64,000 nucleotides of DNA, from assembly GCF_001194135.2 (NCBI RefSeq), contig NC_068985.1, forward strand, positions 16,653,911 to 16,717,910, written 5' to 3'. A program made the translations under genes and the position numbers. The notes under the pieces are model-generated. The model did no database searches, was not told the DNA's origin, and worked only from the letters and a program-made list of their open reading frames with translations. This document shows positions 38,763-52,719 of this stretch, one piece after another; position 1 is the stretch's first letter, and each line of letters begins with the position of its first letter. Origin of the DNA: Octopus bimaculoides. Lineage: Eukaryota.

Positions 38763-39348
38763 GGATCTTTTTTAAAATGGGGGCCACATTTTTCATTAAC
38801 GAAACACTTTGAAACTTGGAACACTGGTAGAATGTGTCATATAAAACATCTTTTTCTCTTAGTCTTCTTAAAAAAAAAAGAAATCCATAAATTATTCCAT
38901 GTTAAAGTTGTCGTATTTCTGTAATTTCAACCAATCACTGACGTCCATTCAGCCGATATACATTAAGTGCCGACTACATAAACAAACGATTCTGAAACAA
39001 TTAATCTTAACCCTAATCCTAACTCTAACCCTAACCCTAACCCTAGGGTTAGGGTTAAAGCAAATTTAAAATGAAAAAAGCAAATAAAACGAAGGTATGG
39101 AGATTAAATACGCTTTACATCGCTTAATCATCCAAAGGAGTAAATATAAACAACTGAATACTTGTCAGTGATTGGTTGAAATTATCGAAATAAGACAATT
39201 TTTTACATGAAATAAATTCGAATACAAAAATATTTTTCTGTTCTATAACACAAAATAGATAAGTATACGAAGTTTGAAAGTCTTTCGGTACCAAAAACAC
39301 TACGTAAAACATTAATGAAAAATGTGGCCCCCGTTTTAAAAAAGATCC
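38763..39348. mobile_element. 586-bp MITE with 37-bp TIRs, 8-bp TSD and an internal telomeric palindrome
   Basis: TIRs 38763-38799 and 39312-39348 (1 mismatch, starting GGATC). TSD CCTGTCTG at 38755-38762 and 39349-39356. Inner IR 38922-38942/39164-39184. (CCCTAA)n/(TTAGGG)n at 39011-39057. Confidence 0.9.
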
Positions 39349-40625
39349 CCTGTCTGAAAATAATATCATCTGAGGCCATCTTCTGCTTCTTCTTGTACTT
39401 TCTTTGATGTAGTGCTACTATTTATCAGAGAGTAGTGGTGGAAAAGATTTCCTACCAGAGGCCTCCATCAGATAGAACAAGAGCCTAGCTTCATGACTGT
39501 TGCCTTGGGCTATTTCCCAATTACTTGGTGCATAATTTTGTACCGTCTCCTTCCCTTATTTGGTATTGGTATGCCCAGTGGGCACAAGATATAGAGAAAC
39601 CTATGCACAGTCACTGATTTCCCATTGTTAATTATAGAGATTGAATCCATGCTCAACAACAACCACAAGACATCGGCTAGTCATCTTTCTTCCATTTATG
39701 AAAGACAAAAACCAACAAAACCATAAGACAACACAGATAAGAAGCAAGATAAATCTGCTAAACCATCCTCCATTCTCTTCACAAAAAATTTGTAGACGTC
39801 AATTCAATTTGAACCCCTCCCCTCACTTCCTGCTAACAGGAAAAACAACACATTCTACTCCTGTCTGACACATAAATCTCTCATCAGCTGTCTCTAATGC
39901 ATCTATGGTGTCCAAGCTACACTCCTTTATCTAGTGTTGCTCTGAAATGTAGTGTTTGCAATGACAGGAATACGTAAGTGTAAGCTAATTAAAATTTTCG
40001 ATTTTACATCCATGACAGGCACAGATATCATTGTGTAGTTAAGAAGTTTGCTTTCAAAAAATGTGACTTTGGGTTTCAGTCCACTGTGTGGCACCTTGGA
40101 CAAGTGTTTTCTATTATAGCTACAGGCTAACCAATGTCTTGTGCATCAATTTGGTAGATGGAATTTGGAAAAAGCCCATGATGAGTGTGTGTGTGCCCTT
40201 GTATCGATGTCATGAGATGGTTGTTAAAGATAGCCGCCATCATAAAAGTGACGTTGTTCGCTTTCAGTTTCTGGCCACAGACAAAATATTACTTTACTAA
40301 TAGACACAGGCATGGCCATGTGATAAGAAGTTTGCTGACCCAACCACTTGGTTCTGGGTTCAGTCCCACTGTGTGACACCTTAGGCAAGTGTCTTCTACT
40401 ATAATCTTGGGCTGATCAAAGCCTTGTGAGTGGATTTGATAGATGGAAACTGAAAGAAGTCCATTGTCTATNNNNNNNNNNNNNNNNNNNNNNNNNNNNN
40501 NNNNNNNNNNNNNNNNNNNNNNNNNNNNNNNNNNNNNNNNNNNNNNNNNNNNNNNNNNNNNNNNNNNNNNNNNNNNNNNNNNNNNNNNNNNNNNNNNNNN
40601 NNNNNNNNNNNNNNNNNNNNNNNNN

Positions 40626-40665
<40 letters not shown>

Positions 40666-41726
40666 ATATATCAATATATGTATATAGTATATACATCTAA
40701 GTGTCTTTGTGTCTGTGTTCATCCACCCCAACACCATTTGACAACTCGTGTTGGTTTGTTTACATTCCTGTGATTTAATGTTTCAGCAAAAGAGACCAAT
40801 GGAATAAGTATCAGGCTTTAAAAAAAAGTACTGGGGTTGATTTATTCAACTAAAGATTCTTCAAGGCAGTGCCCCAGCATGGCTGCAGTCTAATGACTGA
40901 AAGAAATAAAAGGTAAAAGATCAACTGAAAACAGATAAGCGTTGGCAACAGGAAGGGCATCTCTGGTCAGTGAAAAATCTGCTGCAACAAATTGTCTGAT
41001 CCATGCAAGTATGGAAAAGTGGACATTAAACGATGATGACGACGATGATGATGATGATGATGATAATGATGATGAGATGAAATTCATTGATAAAAGCAGT
41101 TGTTGGTGTTTTCTATAATTTTGTATTGTTGAATATGTAGTGGACAGATTGGACTATTGTTGATCTTGCCTAATATGAGATTTCTTGGAGAGAATAAGTG
41201 CACTGAAATTAATTCCTATTGTCTGCATCAGGTCTAAGAGAGGATTAGAATTTAGCACTGCAAGCTATTAAGAATCTCGTTGATTATACAGTAATTTTGG
41301 TCACTTGCAATGGTGAATTGTACCTACTATAATTATTCATAGCTATGTAGACCTATTTATTGCTTGTCTGTAGACATTGTGCAGCACCAGTAATGGTATC
41401 TACATTCCTAACTATTCAAATGTTAAACTGGTACCCTGTCAAGTTGGCCAACTCTTTATAAAGAAATAAAACAAACATCACTAATAGTTTCTTAAACATT
41501 TTACTTTTCTTTTTCTCTTTTTTCTTTGACGACATGGGTGCAAACATAGCTCTGTGGTTAAGAGGTCAATTCCACAAGTATATTCTGCTGAATTTGATCC
41601 CAAAGATCAGTGCCTTGGACAATTGTCTTCATCCATATCCTTGCATAAACTAAAACACTGTAAGAATATTTCCACAGAGTAAAGTTGTGTTGTAGGAGAC
41701 CATCGTATATGTATGTATATATATAT

Positions 41727-42080
41727 ATATTCTGTTGCGCCAGGGAGAGTCATTTTCTTTTTGTGCCTTATATTTTAATACACTCACCGATAAAATTTCC
41801 ACTTATTCCTTATTTTTATTTTCCTAAAATTTTTGTTGCGTCTTGCAACGTTTTCAATAGTCTTGACTCTGTCCGAGTGTAAATAACGGACAGAGTCAAG
41901 ACTATTGAAAAGGTTGCAAGACGCAACGAAAATAAAAATAAGGAATAAGTGGAAATTTTACCGGTGAGTGTGTTAAATTATAAGGCACAAAAAGAAAATG
42001 ACTCTCCCCAGACACAACAGAATATGCTTTAACACACAAACTCACATAAAGAATCTTGCAAACCAAATCCAAAAACGAAA
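41727..42080. mobile_element. Palindromic element with one-sided tail (family P1)
   Basis: Arms 41727-41875 and 41887-42025, 11-nt loop, 55-nt tail 42026-42080, set within (TA)n. Confidence 0.9.
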
Positions 42081-42133
42081 TATATATATATATTATATTT
42101 GTTTATTCTACCCATATATATAATAATGTATGT

Positions 42134-42174
<41 letters not shown>

Positions 42175-42795
42175 GATAGATAGATAGATAGATAGATATA
42201 TCTGTTAAAATGAGATGTCAGTGTTCTTTTTAGTTTTGCATAATTTAGATGACAGTATATATTCACCACACCCTGTATATGTATGTATGTATATATTTAC
42301 ACACACACACACATACACATACACGCACACTTACACACACAAACACACAGACACTTACATATATTGCAGCCTCTATCTGAGTATATGTTATGTGCTTTAT
42401 AACAGCATTGGAGCATTTTAGCTCTTATTTCTAACAGTGCAGGTGTTATTCACACCCTTAGTCAAGTTTAGTTAATGACTACAATTTTCCTGTATTGTAT
42501 AACATTGCAAACAGCTGTTTTATTAATTTTTATATACCCATACCGGCATAGAAGGCAGACATTAAACAATGATGATGATGACATTTATATATATATTGTG
42601 TGACTGTGTTTGTTCCCCGACCATCACTTGACAAGCAATGCTGGTGCGTTTATATCCTTGTTACTTAGTGGTTCGGCAAAAGAGACTGATGAAATAAGTA
42701 CTAGGTTTACAAAGAATAAGTCCTGGAGTCGATTTGTTTGACTAAAGGCGGTGCTCCAGCATAGCCACAGTCAAATGACCAAAACNNNNNNNNNN

Positions 42796-42871
<76 letters not shown>

Positions 42872-43256
42872 TATATATATATACATACATATACATATCA
42901 TCATTTAACATCTGTTGTCCTTGGTACATATACATGTATATATGTATGTATGGTGTGTGCATGTGTATATCTGTGCATGTGTGTGTGTGCATGTGTATAC
43001 TAGTGTTTCCTGTGTCTTGATACTGTGCAGTACCTGTAAATAAGTGTCACCATCATACAGCCAATATCCTTTGTTCCCAATCTTCTACAAAAACATGTCT
43101 GGCCAAAGGGAAATATTAAGCTACCTGGAAGCAGATGAGGGTTAGTGACAGGAAGAGCATCTGGTCTTAGAAAATTTGCCTAAACAACTTTCATCCAACA
43201 TATGTTAAAGCAATGACAATTATGATCATGATGACAACAATGATGATGAAGATGAA

Positions 43257-43305
<49 letters not shown>

Positions 43306-43526
43306 TAACATATATTTTTTTCACTGACACTCTGTTAGTTACAGCAGTGAGTACTCCTGCTGATCCAATCAACAGAATAGGTACAATTCATTTTTGCCTG
43401 CTAAGTGGACTAGTGCAATATGAGATAAATTGCCTTGCTCAAGGATACAATGCACCACCAGATATCGAACTCATGACCTTGCAATTGTGATCTGAATACC
43501 CTAACCACTGAGCCACATGCCTTCAC

Positions 43527-43575
<49 letters not shown>

Positions 43576-43864
43576 TATATTAAAAACATAAGTCTATATG
43601 TATATTATTAAGAAAAGATAAAATCTGTCTTGAGCCTACAAACCCATTAGGCTGGAGCTTATCTTTGTTTCCATGGTAGTGACTGAGAGACATACACACA
43701 CATATACACACACCCATATATATATACATATATATATACACACATATGTACACAAACATACATATACACACATACACATACAAGCTCATATATATATATG
43801 CACACACATACATAGAAGAAGAATTTACCAGGAGCTAACATAGATATTAACATACATGTAAACA

Positions 43865-43895
<31 letters not shown>

Positions 43896-44578
43896 GTGTG
43901 CGTGTGCATGCGCATGCGTGCATGTATGTACATATGATTGTGCTTGTATGATTGTGATTGCTTATATTCTCTGGAAAACCATTCAGCTTGAGGCAGTGAC
44001 TTTACTGCTGTTTCCCCTGTCAACAGGTCATCTGCAGGCTTTGCACCTTTAAAGACTTGAAGAACAGTTAAGAATTAGAAATAGGCAAGGCGTCCAATTG
44101 TAAAAAAATTGAAGCCTTGAGAATATATTCATTTAATCCACGCTAACATGGAAATAGATGGCTAAAAAAAAACAAACGCACATATCAGTCATCGTTGTTG
44201 TCATCGTCATCACCATCATCATCATTTAGAATCTTTCTTCCATGCAGGGATGGGTTGAATGGTTTGACAGGAGCTGGCAATTAAGAAAACTGAGCCAAGC
44301 TCCAATATCTGTTGCAGAATGGTTTCTATGGCTGAATGCTCTTCCTGATGCTAACCACTTCACAGCGTGTATTGGATGTTTTTTACATGCCATCACCACC
44401 AGCAGCAGCAGCAGCAGCTGTGGGGTCACCAAGTGGCTAGCATGACAAAACCCTTCAATTGAGTGGGTGGGGGTAGTATTGCAGACGGTGGCTTTGTACT
44501 AAATAATGAGAGGTTAGAATATGTATATAGAGGAACAGAAATAGATGTCATGAATTACAGAAGAAACAGTTTAAGAAA

Positions 44579-44635
<57 letters not shown>

Positions 44636-45143
44636 GGAGGAGAGAAGATAGTGAGAATGTGATTGAGGGTGGTACATTCAAGACACGGGGAGATCTATAC
44701 ATGTTTATATATAGATATATATATATAGAGAGAGAAATATATTCAAATATGAATTAGAAAAAGCTTGAGGTATATAAAAAAAAATCGAACACACATACAC
44801 AAAGTATCTGCGTTGTTAGTTCGTGAGTCGGCTGTGCTTTTTGGCATAAGAGAATATATTCTCTATTCTCTAGATGATAGAGAATATATTTTCTTATGCC
44901 TAAAAACCGCGACCAACTACACATACCCTGTATATGTGTGTTCAACTCTGTCTGGCATTCACCATGAGAGATCGCTGACCACTACACACATTTTTTTTTT
45001 CTCTCCTTGTTTCTTTCTGTGTTCCTTTCTATGGAAGAGCATAGGCTCAAAACGTTAAAGACTTTCTCAATTCCTGAGCATTATACTAATACATCTATTT
45101 GTTTTCTACACCACCTGTCTTCGTCTGTTTTTTTGTGAATTCT

Positions 45144-45189
<46 letters not shown>

Positions 45190-45194
45190 TATAT

Positions 45195-46260
45195 ACAAAG
45201 GCTGGCTGAAAAGTACATAGGCTGACCAAGATACTCTCATGGAATGTGACCAAATAAGACTTATTTTTCAACACAGTCCCCCTTGTGGTCCACACATTTC
45301 TTCCATCAGTGTTGCAGTGCTTGGATCCCATTGGTAAAGATACTTTCATCTTGTTGGTCAAAAACAAAAACTCATCCACTACATATATGGTGTCATCACC
45401 ACTGCAACAATGATTGAGGAACAAATAATAGTCAGATGGGACCAAATCAGGAGAATAGGGAAAGTGATCAACCAGTTCAAAGCCACAGTCACACACAGTA
45501 GTCATTGAAACCAAGAACTTGTGTGCTAGAGCATTGACCTGATGAAACAAGACCCCTTTCATCATTTCCTGGGCATTTGGTCTTGATAGCCTTTTGATAG
45601 CCTTTTGTAACTGTCTCAGTAAGTTGACATAGTACCCTCCATTGATGATGTGGCCCTTTTGAATATAGTCAATAACCACAATGCCTTTTGCATTTCAAAA
45701 AACTGAGGCCATCACCTTCTTAGTAGATGAAACAATCCTCCTCGCCTACTCCAAAGTTATTGGAATAGGTGAGGAGGAATGTTTCCACTGAATGGATTGT
45801 TATTTTGTCTCTGGCTCAAAGTGATTAACACAACACTCGTCCTGGGTTAGGAAATGTTCAAGGAAACTGGCTGAATCTACTTCAAACAATATCAGATTTT
45901 CCTGTGATGGGATCAGCTTGGTGTGTTTTTGATCAGGTGCCAGATGTGGCAGAAACCTTTGTCATGTCGAGTTCATTGTGCAGAATATCCTCAACTCTCT
46001 TACAGGATATGCTAATAGCATTGGCTATTTGATTTATAGCTGATTGCCTGTCATCCATCAGCTTGTGGTGAACATGATCAATGTTTTCCTTAATGATGAG
46101 AGCAATAGGACATTCACATCTTGGGGTTATCTTCAAGACTCTTCCCTTCCTACATTCAGCTGCCCACTTTTGAACTATTGATAAAGCTGGAGTACCATCC
46201 CCTAATCTAACAATCATGTCAGCATGAATGTCCTTGGGGGTTAAAGCCTTTTTCTACATG
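45195..46260 (-). pseudogene. Decayed mariner element
   Basis: HTH region (ORF 45933-46217, ..SIVQKWAAECRKGR..ENIDHVH..) and catalytic region with GVLFHQVNA..FPYSPDLVPSDYYLF. The 3' TIR with TA starts at about 45193. Confidence 0.85.
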
Positions 46261-47297
46261 TACTTGATAACACCAAGACAAGGGATGGTATTTGATAACA
46301 CCACATAGTAAATTTATAAACAGGGTTAATTTTAGCTATTTCTCCATATACCAAAATCTGAATTGATATTCGAATCTTATTGGATTCTCGTCAGAGTTGT
46401 CTACACCAATCTGACCAATCCCAGAGAAACAAGCTGCTGATCTCATTGTATACTCCATAATTTCAGTAACCACAAAAAACTGAAGCCACTAATTCACATG
46501 CCATAAGTGTTAACACTTTATTTGATATCAAGGGCCTGTCAAGAGGGATTAAAATAGGCTTATGAAAAACGCAGTTGTTGTTCTCACTAGTACTCATACC
46601 ACATAAAAAGCATCCAATATATTCTGTGAAGTGGTTGGCATTAGGAAGAACAACCTGTGATAGAAATCATGCCAAAGCAGACATTGGATCTTAGAGCAGT
46701 TCCCTGGTTTGCCAGCTCTTGTTGAACTATGCACTCCATGCCAGTATGGAAAACAGACATTAAATGCTGCTGCTGCTGATACTAAACTAGAAAACACATC
46801 CTCAATTTCAAGAAGTGCAGTAATTATTTTATTGAATCCAACCAAATTCTTCATTATTTTAAAAATTAATTAAAACATGTAAGCATGCTTTAATTAGTTA
46901 GAAATGTGGTCATCAAAGGAAATTTTTATAATCAACTTAATTACATAGAATTTTTTTTATTCCTTGCATCAATGAAACTTTAGAAAACTTTAGAAACTCC
47001 ATCTGGTTCTAGAAGTTCCACCAGCTTTAAAGAGATATTTAGAACGGAAAATTAAAATTAAATATTAGTCCTTCTAGGCTTCTTCCCATTTAGTAAATAA
47101 TTTGTCACTGACAAAGTATGTGATGAAATATTAAGTTGGTATATTCAAATCCCTTGTAGTTTGTTGAATATATTTTTAAATGTATAATCAGCAAACATCT
47201 GTCTTCCTACTTTTCCCACAAGTGTTCACTACATTTCCTGAATGTAGAATAAACACTTGCATATCTTGATTGAATGAAACTGTTTGAAAATTCTAAA

Positions 47298-47339
<42 letters not shown>

Positions 47340-48064
47340 NNNNNNNNNNNNNNNNNNNNNNNNNNNNNNNNNNNNNNNNNNNNNNNNNNNNNNNNNNNNN
47401 NNNNNNNNNNNNNNNNNNNNNNNNNNNNNNNNNNNNNNNNNNNNNNNNNNNNNNNNNNNNNNNNNNNNNNNNNNNNNNNNNNNNNNNNNNNNNNNNNNNN
47501 NNNNNNNNNNNNNNNNNNNNNNNNNNNNNNNNNNNNNNNNNNNNNNNNNNNNNNNNNNNNNNNNNNNNNNNNNNNNNNNNNNNNNNNNNNNNNNNNNNNN
47601 NNNNNNNNNNNNNNNNNNNNNNNNNNNNNNNNNNNNNNNNNNNNNNNNNNNNNNNNNNNNNNNNNNNNNNNNNNNNNNNNNNNNNNNNNNNNNNNNNNNN
47701 NNNNNNNNNNNNNNNNNNNNNNNNNNNNNNNNNNNNNNNNNNNNNNNNNNNNNNNNNNNNNNNNNNNNNNNNNNNNNNNNNNNNNNNNNNNNNNNNNNNN
47801 NNNNNNNNNNNNNNNNNNNNNNNNNNNNNNNNNNNNNNNNNNNNNNNNNNNNNNNNNNNNNNNNNNNNNNNNNNNNNNNNNNNNNNNNNNNNNNNNNNNN
47901 NNNNNNNNNNNNNNNNNNNNNNNNNNNNNNNNNTATATATATATATATATATATATCTGTGTGTGTGCATGTATGTGTGTCTTTGTGTCTGTGTTTGTCC
48001 CCAGCCACCACAACAACCACTTGACAACTGGTTCTGGTGGGTTTACATCCCTGTAATTTAAATA

Positions 48065-48432
48065 AACTGTAAGAAGACCTGTTGAATCAAGTGAAATCAT
48101 TGTTGTGGCCGATGCTAGTATCGCTTGACTGATACTCATACTGGTGGCACGTAAAATGCACCATTCGAGCATGTTCGATGCCATTCCCACCAGACTGGCT
48201 CCCATGCTGGTGGCACCATTCAAGCATGATCGTTGCCAGTACTGCCTGATTGGCCCTCATGCTGGTGATATGTAAAAAGCACCCACTACACTCTCGGAGT
48301 GGTTGGTATTAGGAAGGGCATCCAGCTGTAGTACTTTTGCCAGATCAGATTGGAGCCTGGTGCAGCCTTCTGGCTTGCCAGTCCTCAGTCAAACTGTCCA
48401 ACCCATGCCAGCATGGAAAGTGGAAGTTAAAC

Positions 48433-48481
<49 letters not shown>

Positions 48482-48500
48482 TTGATGATGATGTTGATGA
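48065..48500 (+). mobile_element. RTE 3' UTR copy with ~3 hairpin units and a long (GAT)n tail
   Basis: Begins AAGAAGACCTGTTGAATCAAGTGAAATC, similar to the ORF end at 23073-23100. Confidence 0.8.
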
Positions 48501-49086
48501 TGAATTTCATGGATGTCCAGATAATTAATTTATTGTAGTAATTATTTTAATACAAGTTCATAAAATAAAATAACCATTATATCATGTTGATAGTGATTTT
48601 AATTTCTCTTATTTTTACAATGTCATTTTATGATATTAAAATAACTTAAGAACAATCTACTGCATCAATAATTATGAGCTTGTGACTTCAGGTCTGTAAC
48701 CTGTCTACAACTCTACATTTATATATGGCTTAGTCAGGAGAATACAGAGCAGTGTTATTGACCTATGTAGACCCTTTAGGACTCCTAAGATCCCTATAAT
48801 TGAGGTTCATCATCATTATCATCATAAGCCAAAGCCTTGTAGGGGGAATGTGAAGGATGATAATTCTCTAAAGGGTTTACATTCTAGATAGGATAGGTTA
48901 GACAGAGTAGTTAGTGTGTGTGAGCCAGAGCATAAATGGGACGGAGAGAAGAGGATCAAACAGAGGTTAATATAGTAGTTATAGACGAGACAGAGAGGAA
49001 AGATAGTATGTCCAGGCCAGAGAATGTAGTTGTAAAGTGCTGATGAGTGAATCTTCACAAATTAGTCAGACTACCTTCTTTTAGAA

Positions 49087-49248
49087 CAGTGGTTCTCAGC
49101 CAGGGTCAACATGACCCTCCAGGGTCCATATAAGACTTTGTTGTTAAGATTTAAGGGCATTAAATCAGTTATACTTCTACAATACACAAAATATTAAAAT
49201 CTTTTAAATGCAATTTGTAATGATATTTAATTAATAAAATACAGTAAG

Positions 49249-49279
<31 letters not shown>

Positions 49280-49359
49280 CGGCAAATGGTTATATAGGGC
49301 CAGTAGAGTAAAATTGGAATGAAATGAGTCCATGGGCAGAAAATGGTTGAGAACCATTG
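49087..49359. mobile_element. hAT (Charlie-like) MITE
   Basis: TIRs CAGTGGTTCTCAGCC and GGTTGAGAACCATTG. The 8-bp flanks TTTTAGAA and ATTTAGAA match at 7 of 8 positions and fit an NTYTAGAN target. Confidence 0.75.
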
Positions 49360-49374
49360 ATTTAGAAGTCTAAC

Positions 49375-49581
49375 GGTCCACTCTTTTCTGGGACATTAGT
49401 ACCTACTAAGGGCCCTAGTACTGTGTCAAATGGTTTGAAGATGGCCCTATGACTTAGGTAAGCATGATTTAGAGGTGGGCTAGCCTCTAGCCATGTATTA
49501 CACATGCCCATGGGTGTGTTATCATGTGAACCAGTCACCCTGCTTAAAGGTTAAAAACGGCCCTGTATCTCAAGAGTAAGC
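49375..49581 (+). repeat. Dispersed ~207-bp repeat, inverse copy of 29540-29745
   Basis: See the 29540-29745 entry. Confidence 0.85.
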
Positions 49582-50399
49582 ACAAAAGAGAAGAAGACTG
49601 AGTAAACTGTGAAAAAAACAGGAGGCGGCAATAGGAAGCCATAGCTGTATCTTTCTCAAGAAAATTCATGAATCTTCAGACTTTGGTAAGGAAGTCCATG
49701 ATTGCCAATACCTGTGGGCATGGTACATGTGAAAAGAGAGAATGCATCTAGCTAACGTGTAGCATTTGGGTATTCACTTGGGTACCATTGCTTTAGTCAC
49801 AGTGTTCAATCTGACAACAGAAGGAATGTCAAATCAACCTAATTGGGTGTGATTTAGCTTCAGTGCATTCCAAGTTATGTTATCTCGGTCAGACTGTTTA
49901 TATATGTCAGTCATTATTAGGAATAAATCATCTGGTGGTTTACATTTGGAGCTTGGGATAAAGGAAAGTTACATAACACATCATATGAATTAGTTTCCTT
50001 GTATATTACATATACTTATTGATAAATCTACACTAATGGATGATTTAATCTGAATATTGACTGGTATAAATAAATGATAATTAAATCAGTGCAAACATAC
50101 TTAATATAGAACACATTTTTAAAAAAACTAACTAAAAATAGTAATTTGGTGAGGAAAGTAATATACTATATTTCAGTAAGTAAAGTAAGAATGGGAGACA
50201 AGTTAGAACATTGTTGCCTTTAAAAGTGACACACTATAATGAATTCATAGTATAAATTCAAATGATGCAGAAGTATGAAAACATCAGAACGCTTCTAGTC
50301 ATGTCAACATTCATATATNNNNNNNNNNNNNNNNNNNNNNNNNNNTATATATATATATATATATATGGATAGATAGATAGACAGACAGACAGATAGATA

Positions 50400-50781
50400 T
50401 GGATTCTTCACAACGATGATGCACCCTGTCACCAAGCTCTCCTCACTCATAAGTTTCTCACCAAAAACATGGTATCACTTCCACACTCACCCTATTCACC
50501 AGATTTAGCACCTGTGGGCTTCCATCTCTTCCCCAAGATGAAAATGCAGCTCAAAGGTTGCTGTTTTAACACCGTTATCAAGATCAAGAGCAAATCACAG
50601 AAGGTCCTCGACTTGCTTACAGAAACAACTTCCAAGCCAGATTCCAAAAGTGGTAGGAATGCTGGGACCAGTGTATTGCTGTGCAAGGTGACTATTTCAA
50701 AGGAGATGGTGTTAAAATTTAGGTCAATAAGTTATTTTTTGTTAAATAAAACTAGTGTTGGAACCTTTTTATGTCACCTCA
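50400..50781 (+). pseudogene. Mariner 3' fragment with TIR
   Basis: WILHNDDAPCH..LPHSPYSPDLAPVGFHLFPKMK; ends ..ATGTCACCTCA|TA. Same family as 52720-53635. Confidence 0.85.
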
Positions 50782-50789
50782 TATATATA

Positions 50790-50977
50790 ATGGAAGTCTG
50801 TCGGGGTTCGATAATGACAACAATGACGTCAGTGATGCCGGAGGTGGGAGCGGAACCCAAAGGCAGACGCACAGATGCGGCCACATGTTGGGCATGTAAT
50901 AGCAGAAGTAGGGTTGGGGATCCTCTCTTTTCGGGCTTGTCGCTTCTGGTCCAAGCTCTTGAGGCACCTTTCCTCAA
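50790..50977 (-). mobile_element. 3' end of an RTE-type LINE ORF with a terminal C2H2 zinc finger
   Basis: Frame 50975-50829 reads EERCLKSLDQKRQARKERIPNPTSAITCPTCGRICASAFGFRSHLRHH*, followed by a short 3' UTR ending in (TA)n. Confidence 0.7.
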
Positions 50978-52719
50978 TATATTGATATATGCACACACAC
51001 ACACAATATAGTATAATATAGTATAATATGCTCCAGGCATTGTCAAGAGTACATTATCTCGAGACAATGCCTTGGGTCCTTAACTCCTTGATGGAGTTGA
51101 GGTACAGTTGTGACATATGGCATGTCTTGGACATTTTTACACCTGGCAGAGCTCACTCTTCTCTAAACAAGACCACACTTTGTTCTTCCAGAAGAGAAAA
51201 AGTCAAACAATTAGAAAAAAAAAAAAGACTGATAGGAATGGAAGAACTGACCCCCAGTACAACACTAGTACTTTATTGGACACTGAAAAATAAAAGACAA
51301 AGTTGACTTCAGCTGGATTTGAACTCAGAGTGCAGAGAGCTGGAACAAGTATCACAAAGCAATCTATCTCACTCTAAATACTCTGCCAACTGGCTGTCCT
51401 ACATCAGACTTCATCATCATCATCATCATCGCTTAACGTCTGCTTTCCATGCTAACATGGGTTAGACGATTTGACTGAGGACTGGTGAACCAGATGGCTA
51501 CACCAGGTTCCAATCTGATTTGGCAGAGTTTCTACAGCTGGATGCCCTTCCTAACGCCAACCACTCAGAGAGTGTACTTATTATTTGATATGTCTTTTAA
51601 AAAACAGAAGATGGTAGGGTGTGACATGAAGGAGTTTGGGACTTAAAGAAGGAGAGATAGTTATGTTTGGAATGTGGAATACTCTTAAAAAATGATTGGG
51701 AACTCATGGTTGGAACACTTTTAGAAAGACTGGTTTGTCATAAATTTTATATAAATTTTATAAAAAGATAGGATGGTCAGAATTGCAATACTTTTCAATA
51801 ACGGACCAAAAACAAACATGGTGTTTTTAATCTCTATATCATATGATCATGTGACCAACAAGACTATCAGATGCTGTTACACATTGCTGATCACAATGTG
51901 CTTTGCATCATTTTAACCATTAAATGATGCCACCCTGCTGGCTAGGTGAGCAGGCCAACACTCCCCCTTGATCAAAAGGAGACTGCAGCAATGTGAAATG
52001 AAGTGTTTTGCTCAAGAACACAACGTGCTACCTGGTCTGGTAATCAAACCCACAATCTAGCAATTATGAGTGCAACAACCTAACCACTAGGCCATGTGCC
52101 TTCACAGTCTTTATATGATGTCATTAAATATAGACAATGTCTACATTTAGAGATGTCGAAAGGGTTAATTAAAAGATAGGAGTCTTAACATGTTTATATG
52201 AGAAGAGCAAATTAAAAAATGATATTCAAAGCATTTGCTATGCAAGGTAATATCAAGAAAGTGCCAAAAGCACTTTTTTCAAAGGCTTCAGAGAGCAGTT
52301 GAGATAGATAAAAACTCAGGATTTGACACACCAACAAACGGGACACATTATATATATATCTTATTCTTTAAAGCCTTTGAAAGGTCTGAAATATCAGTAT
52401 TAATGAAACATTTTTAAGCTAACATTTTAATATTTTTGCTATGGATATTTTCTATGTTTAATGTTTTATCTGCATTGCTATTCCCTTTTAAAACACACTG
52501 ATTATTTTTACATATTCTGCATTGCTGCAGGCAAACTACAACAATCTTCAACATACACACACACACACACACATATGCATACATATAGATGTGTGTGTAT
52601 GGTAGAGTCAGTCACATGCCAATCTGAGTTTCACTTGTAGGTGCACAGGATCTTTAGAGTATGTGTGTGTATGTGTCTGTGTGCACACATATGCACACAC
52701 ACACACATATATATACATA

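Noticed and set aside
39011-39057. Chromosome end-to-end fusion scar
   Set aside because: There are only about 8 units, centrally placed inside a TIR/TSD-bounded MITE.
49040-49067. CUGAUGA-GUGAA-UC-UUCAC-AAAU..GUC hammerhead look-alike
   Set aside because: It lacks the G of GAAA, has a 2-nt loop II, and no stem I can form.
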